64,000 nucleotides of DNA from Oscillospiraceae bacterium (GTDB lineage Bacteria; Bacillota; Clostridia; Oscillospirales; CAG-272). The stretch covers positions 71,347 to 135,346 of the forward strand of contig SVSS01000004.1 in NCBI GenBank assembly GCA_015064185.1, given 5' to 3'. Numbering within the stretch: position 1 is the stretch's first letter; every line of letters starts with the position of its first letter. Shown one piece after another: positions 56,299-64,000 of the stretch. The notes under the pieces are model-generated. The model did not search any database, was not told the origin of the DNA, and saw only the letters and a list, made by a program, of their open reading frames with translations. A program made the position numbers and the translations under genes.

Positions 56299-56344
56299 AA
56301 CGCCAAAGAGCTTCCTGATCATTATACAGGGGCTCTTTGGCGTT
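56299..56344 (-). terminator. hairpin terminator shared by the convergent ABC and CN-hydrolase genes
   Basis: AACGCCAAAGAGC / GCTCTTTGGCGTT forms a 13-bp stem with a 20-nt loop. A T-run (TTTTGCTT) is present only on the minus strand. Confidence 0.65.
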
Positions 56345-56404
56345 GCTATAAAGCATGCTGATATGCGGTTTTTATTGAAAACAAGATTGCTGCTTAAACT
56401 AAAA

Positions 56405-58060
56405 TTACTGTTTAGACAGCGGATCGCGATAATAGCGCTTATAGCACTTGGCTACAGTAGCAATGCGATAATAATCGTTGGTAAGAACAGTATCTGCGCC
56501 AAGATCAAAGTAGTGCTTTGCTTCCTCGGGGTCATCGGCAAAGAAAACATTACAAGTAATGCCGTTTTCGTGTGCGCGCTGAATGGTTTTTTCCACATAA
56601 TCGGGTGCGTTATGCTCGAAATGAGGCTTAAACAACTGAATTTTGCGCGCGCCCGTTTCAATTGCCTTTTCAACAAGATCCTCAAACGGATCTGCCGAAG
56701 CGCCTGCGCAGCGAGCGATATCAGGAGCCAGCACGCGAAGCTGCTTCAAAACCGTTTTGTTTCCGCACATGAAATACACGTACTTACGGCAATCGTACAG
56801 ATCAATCAGACGAATGAGCTCAGTGAGATAATTCTGCGGCAATGGATCTGTAGCATTTGGCGTTTTGATGTGCATATTCATAACCGTGTGGCAAGCAAAT
56901 TTCTTTAAGATCTCCTCAAGAGTAGGGATCCGCATACCCTCAAACTGCACGCCGTATTTTGCCCCGAAATCGTATTGCATAATTTCATCAAACGTGAGCT
57001 CCCAGATATTTCCCTCACCCGCAATATCGTGCGCCAATCTTCTATCGTGGAAGGAAACAAACTTGCCGTCAGCAGTCTGCCAGAGATCAAATTCGATCTC
57101 CTCGGCACCCATCGCGACTGCCGCGCCAAAGGCGGGCAGGCTGTTTTCGGGTGCAATTGCGCTAAAGCCGCGGTGTGCACAAACACGGGGATAAGTCATC
57201 ACATCATTGTGCGGCACAATTGCACTGCCGCCCGGGCGATACTGCCAGGGTCTGCGCCCTGCCTCGATATACGCGTGATGCGTGGCGGGCTCATTGCCAA
57301 AGCCTGCCGCCTTGAGGTAGCGCGCGTGGGGATCAAATTCCACCACACCCATGCTTGCCTCATTTTTAAGGTTCAGAAGCACCTGCCCATCGGGGGCTAC
57401 CACCATGCTACATCCACCCACGGGAGAGTTTTCACCAAGGCTGACCGAGGAGCGCACCACGTAAGCGTTACAGTTATAGGCACAGAACTGTGCCATGATC
57501 TCAAGTGCACGGTGTGTATCACTGCGCTGATAAGCACAGGCAATGATCACATCGGGATTATAACGTGCGATATTTGCAAATGCCTCATAGAAATAAAAAT
57601 CGTAACAGATAAGGAAACCGTAACGCACGCCATCGATCTCAAGGATCGTGGGGGCTGCATGCTCATAGGTATAGTCACGGTCAAGCTCGTACTCATGCAT
57701 TTCGGAGTTCACCAAATGCCGCTTATAATACTGCCCTACCATTTCACCCGCCTTATTAAACGCAACAGTAGTGTTGCGCTTGCCCGTGGGGGTTTCCACG
57801 ATACAGTTTACAAAAAGTGTGGCAGAGCAACGCTTGGCGGTTTCAGATGCCTTTTGCAGCAATACCTCCCCATACTTTTCAAAGCTCTGCTCCATTTCTG
57901 CCTTGGTTTTGGCAAGGCAAGGTACATTGGAGTATTCGGGCAAAACAATAAGATCCATATCAGGTGTGCAACGGTCAAGCGCATCAAGCTCCCATGTAAA
58001 ATACATATCTGATTTGCCAAAATCCATACAGTAAGGGGGCTGAATTACACAAGTCTTCAT
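56405..58060 (-). CDS. fusion protein: N-terminal carbon-nitrogen hydrolase (nitrilase superfamily) plus C-terminal glycerophosphodiester phosphodiesterase (GDPD)
   Basis: CN-hydrolase E-K-C contexts are LIVLPEYS, YYKRHL and FLICYDFYF. GDPD motifs are CAHRGFS..PENS, EIEFDLWQTADG and SFHDRRL. Confidence 0.8.
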   Translation of the reverse strand: MKTCVIQPPYCMDFGKSDMYFTWELDALDRCTPDMDLIVLPEYSNVPCLAKTKAEMEQSFEKYGEVLLQKASETAKRCSATLFVNCIVETPTGKRNTTVAFNKAGEMVGQYYKRHLVNSEMHEYELDRDYTYEHAAPTILEIDGVRYGFLICYDFYFYEAFANIARYNPDVIIACAYQRSDTHRALEIMAQFCAYNCNAYVVRSSVSLGENSPVGGCSMVVAPDGQVLLNLKNEASMGVVEFDPHARYLKAAGFGNEPATHHAYIEAGRRPWQYRPGGSAIVPHNDVMTYPRVCAHRGFSAIAPENSLPAFGAAVAMGAEEIEFDLWQTADGKFVSFHDRRLAHDIAGEGNIWELTFDEIMQYDFGAKYGVQFEGMRIPTLEEILKKFACHTVMNMHIKTPNATDPLPQNYLTELIRLIDLYDCRKYVYFMCGNKTVLKQLRVLAPDIARCAGASADPFEDLVEKAIETGARKIQLFKPHFEHNAPDYVEKTIQRAHENGITCNVFFADDPEEAKHYFDLGADTVLTNDYYRIATVAKCYKRYYRDPLSKQ

Positions 58061-58072
58061 AAAGATCTCCTT

Positions 58073-58531
58073 TTATTTCTCAATTTGGTATTTTTGAAGC
58101 AATGCATCAAAATTATCACACAGCTTATATAGAATATGATAAAAATGATCGAGCGCGGCACCGGGTATATTTTGACTCACAGTTTCCTCGATCTCATCAA
58201 ATGTATAACTGATATCAAGCGCAGCCTCTCTGCCCTCGGGCGTTAGAAGGTACTTTTGCTTATAGCGCCGCGCCTGTTCTGCCTCTCGCAAAACAAAGCC
58301 CTTTTCAGCTAACTCTGCCATGCACCGCGAAATCTGCGCCTTATCGATCTCACAAACCGTTGCAAGCTCGGTAGCGGTAAGCCCGCACTCGCTTTCCAAC
58401 ACGCGGCAAAGGCAGATGGCATTGGTACCCTTCAAACCATACTCAGCCATTTTACGCGCCTTTAATGCCTGCACCGACCTTACCAGCCGCATAACCGAAG
58501 TCGAAAAAATTTCAAAACGGTCTTTTTTCAT
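58073..58531 (-). CDS. MarR-family transcriptional regulator
   Basis: wHTH core LTATELATVCEIDKAQISRCMAELAEKGFV. 152 aa. Lies 12 nt upstream of the fusion enzyme gene. Confidence 0.85.
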   Translation of the reverse strand: MKKDRFEIFSTSVMRLVRSVQALKARKMAEYGLKGTNAICLCRVLESECGLTATELATVCEIDKAQISRCMAELAEKGFVLREAEQARRYKQKYLLTPEGREAALDISYTFDEIEETVSQNIPGAALDHFYHILYKLCDNFDALLQKYQIEK

Positions 58532-58622
58532 AATATTTCCCTCGCATAGCTTTCATAGAAATACCTTGTAGTGGGGATATTATTATACACCTTTTTTGTT
58601 GTAAAGTCAAGATTTAAGCATC

Positions 58623-58653
58623 AAAAAACCCCCAACGCCCTAAGCATTGGGGG
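58623..58653 (-). terminator. intrinsic terminator after the Zn-ribbon gene
   Basis: CCCCCAA...TTGGGGG stem, followed on the minus strand by TTTTTTG. Confidence 0.75.
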
Positions 58654-58668
58654 AATTTTGAAGCACAA

Positions 58669-58986
58669 TTATTGTGCGTTTTTTCTTGCTTCGAAGCAAG
58701 CGCTGCAGTAAACGGGTCTGTCGCTAGAGGGCTGGAAAGTAACCTTTGCCTCGCCGCCGCACTCTGCGCAGGTGGTAATGAAGTACTCTCTTTGTGCCTT
58801 GCCGGCGTTCTTCTTTGCATCGCGGCAAGCTTTGCAGCTCTTGGGCTTGTTCAGAAATCCTTTTTCCTTATAAAACTTTTGCTCGCCGGCGGTGAAAACA
58901 AATTCATTGCCGCACTCTTTGCAAACAAGAGTTTCATCCTCAAAGATTTCGTCGGTTGCGCCAACCAGGGTGATTTCTTCGTTCAT
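58669..58986 (-). CDS. double Zn-ribbon protein with an FxFTAGEQxFYxxKGF motif (uncharacterised widespread family)
   Basis: ATG 58986 after GAGGTAAC. CKECG...CKAC and CAECG...CSAC. 105 aa. The track's 46-aa N-terminal extension is unsupported. Confidence 0.75.
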   Translation of the reverse strand: MNEEITLVGATDEIFEDETLVCKECGNEFVFTAGEQKFYKEKGFLNKPKSCKACRDAKKNAGKAQREYFITTCAECGGEAKVTFQPSSDRPVYCSACFEARKNAQ

Positions 58987-59101
58987 TGTTGTTACCTCAC
59001 TTTTTAAATTGAGAATGATTTTGCCCTTAGACGGATTTCCACCGACACCTTTGAGAAATAAATTCAACGCTCTTGTTAAGCTACCGGGGCATATAGATGC
59101 G

Positions 59102-59674
59102 TTATCTGCAATCATGCAAAGCACGTCTTAGCTTTTGACGAATGCGATAAACGGCATTTTCAACGGAATGAGGATCCTTTGCTAACTGATGCGCGATCTC
59201 TCCGGAGCGATACCCTGCGGTATAAAGCGTCCATACACGAAGTTCATACGGTGAAAGCACGGCACGAATACGCCCGCGAAGGATTGCCAATGCCTCCTCC
59301 TCCATCACGCGAGTTGCGGGATCGTCAACAACAGAGCCCTCAAGCTGCTCAGACAAGGGAAACTCCATCTTGCGGCGACGCAACACACGCAGCTGCGAAA
59401 CAAGCGCATTGGAAATGCAAATTTTAGCATACAAGCCAAATTCAACATCGCTTTGCGTAAGATCAAACCCCAAAGCAGCACGGTAAAGTGCAACAAGCGC
59501 GATCTGGTGCAGATCCTCTGCATCCTCACGACTGAGGTCTGCTGAATGGCGCGACACCTCTGCTTGCAAAAGGGGCTCATATGCCTTTGCCAACTGTGCA
59601 AACGCAGCCTGCTCGCCTGTACGGATAAGGTGGATAATTTCTTCTGTTGTTTGATGCATTTTTTCAGTTTTCAT
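59102..59674 (-). CDS. sigma-70 family RNA polymerase sigma factor (regions 2 and 4 only, ECF-sized)
   Basis: Region 2 is DLHQIALVALYRAALGFD. Region 4 HTH is SGEIAHQLAKDPHSVENAVYRIRQKL. 190 aa. Confidence 0.8.
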   Translation of the reverse strand: MKTEKMHQTTEEIIHLIRTGEQAAFAQLAKAYEPLLQAEVSRHSADLSREDAEDLHQIALVALYRAALGFDLTQSDVEFGLYAKICISNALVSQLRVLRRRKMEFPLSEQLEGSVVDDPATRVMEEEALAILRGRIRAVLSPYELRVWTLYTAGYRSGEIAHQLAKDPHSVENAVYRIRQKLRRALHDCR

Positions 59675-59725
59675 GATACCTCTTGACCATAAAAAGATGC
59701 ACTTATCTTTTTACATCACATTACA

Positions 59726-59753
59726 ATTATAACATAAAAATATGGTTTGTCAA
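59726..59753 (-). promoter_or_regulatory. sigma-A promoter for the sigma-factor gene, with a long A/T-rich upstream tract
   Basis: The minus strand reads TTGACA-16 nt-TATAAT (TGt extended), preceded by about 100 nt of A/T runs. Confidence 0.65.
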
Positions 59754-59887
59754 TGGATTTTTGGAGATTTTTTTAATTTTTTTTGAAAAAACAAAGAAAA
59801 TTTCGTTAAATTTGCCGATTTTTTTATTTTTTTCCATATTTTTCTACAAAATCACCAAAATTTGGTTTACTTTAGTGCGCGAAAGCG

Positions 59888-59917
59888 AAATCGGGAGGCA
59901 AAAATGCCCCCCGATTT
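59888..59917 (-). terminator. hairpin after the DUF4364-like gene
   Basis: AAATCGGGAGGC / GCCCCCCGATTT imperfect stem with a 6-nt loop and a weak T tail. Confidence 0.5.
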
Positions 59918-59920
59918 GAC

Positions 59921-60469
59921 TCAATCAAACAAAAAATTCATGTTGCCGGCAAGCAGCGCGTGCACGCCGCGATAGATCACCTCAGGGCGATCACGGAAGT
60001 TCTCTGCCATGCGTCGCGCACGATCTGCGCTGTCTACCGTAAGCGTATTAGAAAAGATGACCTTGCCACGCTCGATAAGCTGGCAGTTGACCTCAAAAGC
60101 GCCCTCATTCTGTTTGGTGGTGGTGCATTTTGCTTCGATACCGCGTTTTTTAAAATCAAGATAGCGAAGCGCCGCCGCAAGGCTTTTGTCAAGAATGGAG
60201 GAAAGCACGTCGCTGGATAGATTTTCCGCCACGCATATGCCCTTTTCGGTGATCTCGTACATTTTATCGCCGTCAATTTCCCCCGCCTCACGGATGAGAT
60301 CGCCGTCGAGCATTTGCCCAAACGCCTCAGCAAAATCAAGATACATGATATAATCGGTCTGCATAACGATATCGTTAAGCGTGATAAAATCAAGCGCACG
60401 ACCGAGATTTTGCATCAAATACAGCACAAATATTTTTACATTTTTCATTCCGCCGACAGCAGAAGCCAT
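59921..60469 (-). CDS. DUF4364-like protein
   Basis: The roughly 180-aa N-terminus ...KIFVLYLMQNLGRALDFITLNDIV... resembles DUF4364 proteins of Clostridia (from memory). ATG 60469 after AAGGGAG; ATG 60448 is an alternative start. Confidence 0.55.
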   Translation of the reverse strand: MASAVGGMKNVKIFVLYLMQNLGRALDFITLNDIVMQTDYIMYLDFAEAFGQMLDGDLIREAGEIDGDKMYEITEKGICVAENLSSDVLSSILDKSLAAALRYLDFKKRGIEAKCTTTKQNEGAFEVNCQLIERGKVIFSNTLTVDSADRARRMAENFRDRPEVIYRGVHALLAGNMNFLFD

Positions 60470-60617
60470 GATGCTCACTCCCTTTACTGATTTTCTTTTT
60501 ATATTTTAACATATTTTTTTGTTTTTTTCAACACTTTTATTTGCATTATTTGGAAAAGTGTGCTATAATAATACATTATAAGATTTTTGTGCGCGCGTGC
60601 GCAGAAAGGACCGTAAA

Positions 60618-61832
60618 ATGATCTATGTTGCCATTCTTGGCTTTGGTGTGGTTGGCAGCGGTGCCGCAGAGGTGATTGCAAGCAATCACGCTGTAATTGA
60701 AAAAAATCTTGGCAAGGCAGTTGCAGTCAAGCGCATTCTTGACCTGCGCGAGTTTCCCGATAGCCCCTTTGGGCACCTTGTCACACATGATTTTAACGAT
60801 ATTTTAAATGACCCCGAGATCTCCGTTGTTGCCGAAATGATGGGTGGCTCTCACCCTGCATACGATTTTACCAAGGCATGTCTTGAGGCAGGCAAGCACG
60901 TTGTAACCTCAAACAAAGAGGTGGTTGCACGCTTTGGCGCGGAGCTTTTGGAGATTGCGGCCGCACACGGCGTTCGCTATCTTTTTGAGGCCAGCGTTGG
61001 CGGCGGTATTCCCGTCATTCGCCCTATGGTAAATGATCTTGCCTCCAATGAGATCGAGCGCGTTGACGGCATCCTCAACGGCACCACCAACTATATTCTT
61101 ACGCAAATGATCGCAGGCGCCACCTTTGAAAATGCATTAAAGGAAGCACAGGCAAAGGGCTATGCCGAAGCAAACCCTGCCGCTGATGTAGAAGGGCTTG
61201 ATGCCGCACGCAAGATCGTGATTCTGGCAGCACTTTCCTTTGGTACCCTGCTCTCGCCTGACAAGATCCACTGCGAAGGCATCACCAAGCTGACGCTTGC
61301 CGACGTAGCAGTGGCAAAGGCACTTGGCTGCTCCATTAAGCTGATCGGTCACACCGAGCGCTCAAACGGCAAGGTTCTTGCCATGGTCAGCCCTCGCCTC
61401 GTCCCGCTTGACAATCCCCTTTCGGGCATTACAGATGTATTTAACGGTATTCTGGTTGATGCCAACATGGTCGGCAAGGTCATGTTTTACGGCGCGGGTG
61501 CGGGCAAGCTCCCCACCGCAAGCGCTGTGGTTGCCGATATTATTGACATTGTGGCACATATGGAAAGCGACAACGTGCGCGCCCCCAAGTTCACCGTGGC
61601 AACCGATGCGGATTATGCGGATTTCTCCGCTTATGCTTGCCGCACCTGCGTAGCGTTTGAGAATACCGCGGGCGCAGCAGAAAAGATCACCGCTGTGTTT
61701 GGTGAGGTTAAGACTGTAACCGAGGGTGACCGTATCGCCTTTATCTCGGACGAAATGACCGAGAAGACCCTCACCGACTTGATCGCAAAAACAGATCTCA
61801 CCCTGTGCTCACGCATTCGCGTGCTTGGGTAA
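60618..61832 (+). CDS. hom: homoserine dehydrogenase (with C-terminal ACT-like domain)
   Basis: NAD motif ILGFGVVGSG, VTSNKE, and GILNGTTNYIL. ATG 60618 after AAAGGA. Confidence 0.92.
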   Translation: MIYVAILGFGVVGSGAAEVIASNHAVIEKNLGKAVAVKRILDLREFPDSPFGHLVTHDFNDILNDPEISVVAEMMGGSHPAYDFTKACLEAGKHVVTSNKEVVARFGAELLEIAAAHGVRYLFEASVGGGIPVIRPMVNDLASNEIERVDGILNGTTNYILTQMIAGATFENALKEAQAKGYAEANPAADVEGLDAARKIVILAALSFGTLLSPDKIHCEGITKLTLADVAVAKALGCSIKLIGHTERSNGKVLAMVSPRLVPLDNPLSGITDVFNGILVDANMVGKVMFYGAGAGKLPTASAVVADIIDIVAHMESDNVRAPKFTVATDADYADFSAYACRTCVAFENTAGAAEKITAVFGEVKTVTEGDRIAFISDEMTEKTLTDLIAKTDLTLCSRIRVLG

Positions 61833-61847
61833 GATACGGAAAGCAGG

Positions 61848-61891
61848 AAAGGGAGAGAGGTCCTTTTGCAAAAGGACCTCTCTCCCTTTTT
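61848..61891. terminator. bidirectional terminator with a 19-bp perfect stem
   Basis: AAAGGGAGAGAGGTCCTTT-tgca-AAAGGACCTCTCTCCCTTT, followed by TTTG. Confidence 0.85.
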
Positions 61892-61952
61892 GTTTTGCTC
61901 TGCAAAACAAATTCACCCACCTGAAAGCTTTGCTATCATTTTGCAGAGCGTT

Positions 61953-63326
61953 TCACGAAGCATCAGATCTTATTTTGGTACGCTTATTGCGGGACGTCGA
62001 GGCGCCGTCCCCTACAATGTTCCCTTCAAAAAACGCCTTGGTTTCTGCCTCAATGCGGCAGTGGGAGAAAACCAGCGCCGCAAGGTTTAAAAGCGTCATT
62101 ACGGCAAGCACAATGTCTGTCAGCTCCCACACGAGGCTTGGGGCTGCGATGCTGCCGAGCACCGTTGCCGCAAACGCGCCACCAAGCAAAAAGCGCGGCG
62201 CGTGGCGGTGTTTGGTGAGATAATGCACTGCCTCGCTACCGTAATGCGACCAGCAAAGCACCGTGGCAAACGCAAAAAATGCAACCGATATGGCGACAAG
62301 CGGCGGTGCAACGTCGCCAAGTACTGCGCCAAAAGCGCTGATTGCGGTAAACACACCGCCGCCCGACTGCTCTACGCCGCTCACAAGGATCACAAGCGCC
62401 GTAAGGGTGCAGAGCAGTACCGTATCCACAAACACCTCAAATATGCCCCAAAATCCCTGCTGCGCGGGGCTTTTGGCATTGGCGGCGGCGTGGGCAATGG
62501 GCGCTGTACCGCAGCCTGCCTCGTTGGAAACAAGTCCACGGGAAACGCCATACCGTACCGCTTTATTTGTCAAAACACCCACAATACCGCCCATGCCACC
62601 CTGCAAGGTAAACGCCCCCTTAAAGATCGCGCCAAAGGCCGCGGGCAATGCAGCGCGCTGTAAAAAAAGAACAGCAAAGGAAAGCACGCAAAACAGCAAG
62701 CACACAAAGGGCACCAATACGGCACACACACCCTCAACACGCGCCGCGCCCCGCCAAAGAATAATGACGGCTATCCCCCCCATCACGACACCCGTGACGA
62801 GAGGCGGAACCCCAAACACCCCCGAAAGGGCTTCGGCGGCGGCATTCGCCTGTATCATGGTGCCAAGCGTTAGGGTGCAGAGCACGCAAAGAACGGCAAA
62901 CACAGAGGCAAGCACGCGCCCGAGCCGCCCGCGAAAGGCTTCTTTTATATAATACATAGCGCCGCCGTGCGCTGTGACACATGAGCCCCCCTCACATTGG
63001 CGCGTGAGCTGTGCCAGCACGATCTCCGCATATTTTAGCGCCATAACAAGGAGCGCCGCTACCCACATCCAAAACACAGCGCCCGCGCCACCAAGCATAA
63101 TGGCAGTTGCAACGCCTGCAATATTCCCTACCCCCAGCGTACCGGCAAGTGCTACCGTCAGCGCCCGCACGGGCGAAGTGCCCCCCTGCCCCTGTGAGTG
63201 AAGCATGCCAAGCACGGTTTTTTTAGGGTATCTCAAAAAGCACGTGCCTATTTTAAAAGTGAAGTATCCTCCCGCCAAAAACAAGCAAAACGGCAGCAGT
63301 ACACCCGATAAAACTTGAACGATCAA
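61953..63326 (-). CDS. alanine/glycine:cation symporter (AGCS family)
   Basis: GGAGAVFWMWVAAL and GVSRGLVSNEAGCGTAPIAHAA motifs. About 11 TM helices. TTG start at 63326 after AAAAGGAG. Confidence 0.88.
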   Translation of the reverse strand: MIVQVLSGVLLPFCLFLAGGYFTFKIGTCFLRYPKKTVLGMLHSQGQGGTSPVRALTVALAGTLGVGNIAGVATAIMLGGAGAVFWMWVAALLVMALKYAEIVLAQLTRQCEGGSCVTAHGGAMYYIKEAFRGRLGRVLASVFAVLCVLCTLTLGTMIQANAAAEALSGVFGVPPLVTGVVMGGIAVIILWRGAARVEGVCAVLVPFVCLLFCVLSFAVLFLQRAALPAAFGAIFKGAFTLQGGMGGIVGVLTNKAVRYGVSRGLVSNEAGCGTAPIAHAAANAKSPAQQGFWGIFEVFVDTVLLCTLTALVILVSGVEQSGGGVFTAISAFGAVLGDVAPPLVAISVAFFAFATVLCWSHYGSEAVHYLTKHRHAPRFLLGGAFAATVLGSIAAPSLVWELTDIVLAVMTLLNLAALVFSHCRIEAETKAFFEGNIVGDGASTSRNKRTKIRSDAS

Positions 63327-63413
63327 AACAGCATCTCCTTTTTGTTAACAATGTGTGAACAATACAAAATACACTTGATTTTTCCAGCATTTGGTGTAAA
63401 ATAATCTTATGAG

Positions 63414-63440
63414 TTAGCACTCCCACGATATGAGTGCCAA
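63414..63440 (+). promoter_or_regulatory. CIRCE operator (HrcA binding site) upstream of groES
   Basis: TTAGCACTC-N9-GAGTGCCAA has one mismatch to the consensus TTAGCACTC-N9-GAGTGCTAA. A TTGATT...TAAAAT promoter lies just upstream. Confidence 0.9.
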
Positions 63441-63486
63441 AATTCTACAAGCTTTTGCAATAAACATGTTAAAGGAGGCAAAAAAC

Positions 63487-64000
<514 letters not shown>

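Noticed and set aside
63327-63413. Looked for a glycine riboswitch upstream of the alanine/glycine symporter gene
   Set aside because: Only about 90 nt is available, shared with the groES promoter/CIRCE region, and no tandem aptamer-like conserved cores are visible.

Overview
The window reads as a mostly housekeeping chromosomal stretch from a moderately GC-rich, endospore-forming Firmicute. Gene content looks like Clostridia, possibly Oscillospiraceae/Ruminococcaceae: yqfC-yqfD, ylbJ, DUF1385, TIGR04086-like, DUF4364-like. I call about 59 CDS and one tRNA-Thr. I saw no rRNA, CRISPR array, integrase, transposase or phage structural genes.

Gene order:
- The left edge holds the tail of a polysaccharide cluster (EpsG-like, GT1).
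- A long minus-strand block follows: DUF1385, a Prs-like gene, then mutS2-recO-era-ybeY-phoH and yqfD-yqfC.
- Next come ylbJ, rpmF/yceD, nnr, coaD-rsmD-uvrC and ptsH.
- rimM-trmD is followed by an O-antigen-ligase-like gene and two small membrane-anchored genes.
- Then yajC, an htrA/response-regulator/kinase operon, and a queG-like gene coupled to addB-addA.
- sbcD-sbcC is convergent with addA.
- The right half holds tRNA-Thr, valS, a low-GC ArsR/XRE/ABC-exporter patch, a marR plus CN-hydrolase::GDPD fusion operon, a sigma factor, hom, an alanine/glycine symporter, and CIRCE-groES-groEL.

The most unusual structure is a 1.5-kb AT-richer islet (38625-40143) lying between the stop codons of convergent addA and sbcC.
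- It is bracketed by a perfect 17-bp inverted repeat that looks like a split bidirectional terminator hairpin.
- It carries a DUF559 nuclease gene whose stop codon lies inside a nested GC-rich palindromic element, a 4-TM plus Zn-ribbon gene pair, and a second GTAGGG...CCCTAC palindrome.

Secondary curiosities are listed under findings:
- the CN-hydrolase::GDPD fusion;
- the Wzy_C-like three-gene module after trmD;
- a tRNA-Thr with C at the near-invariant T-loop position 55;
- a degenerate AddB P-loop;
- a terminator whose 3' arm is the next gene's Shine-Dalgarno.

All family assignments rest on motif recognition by eye. No database search was run.
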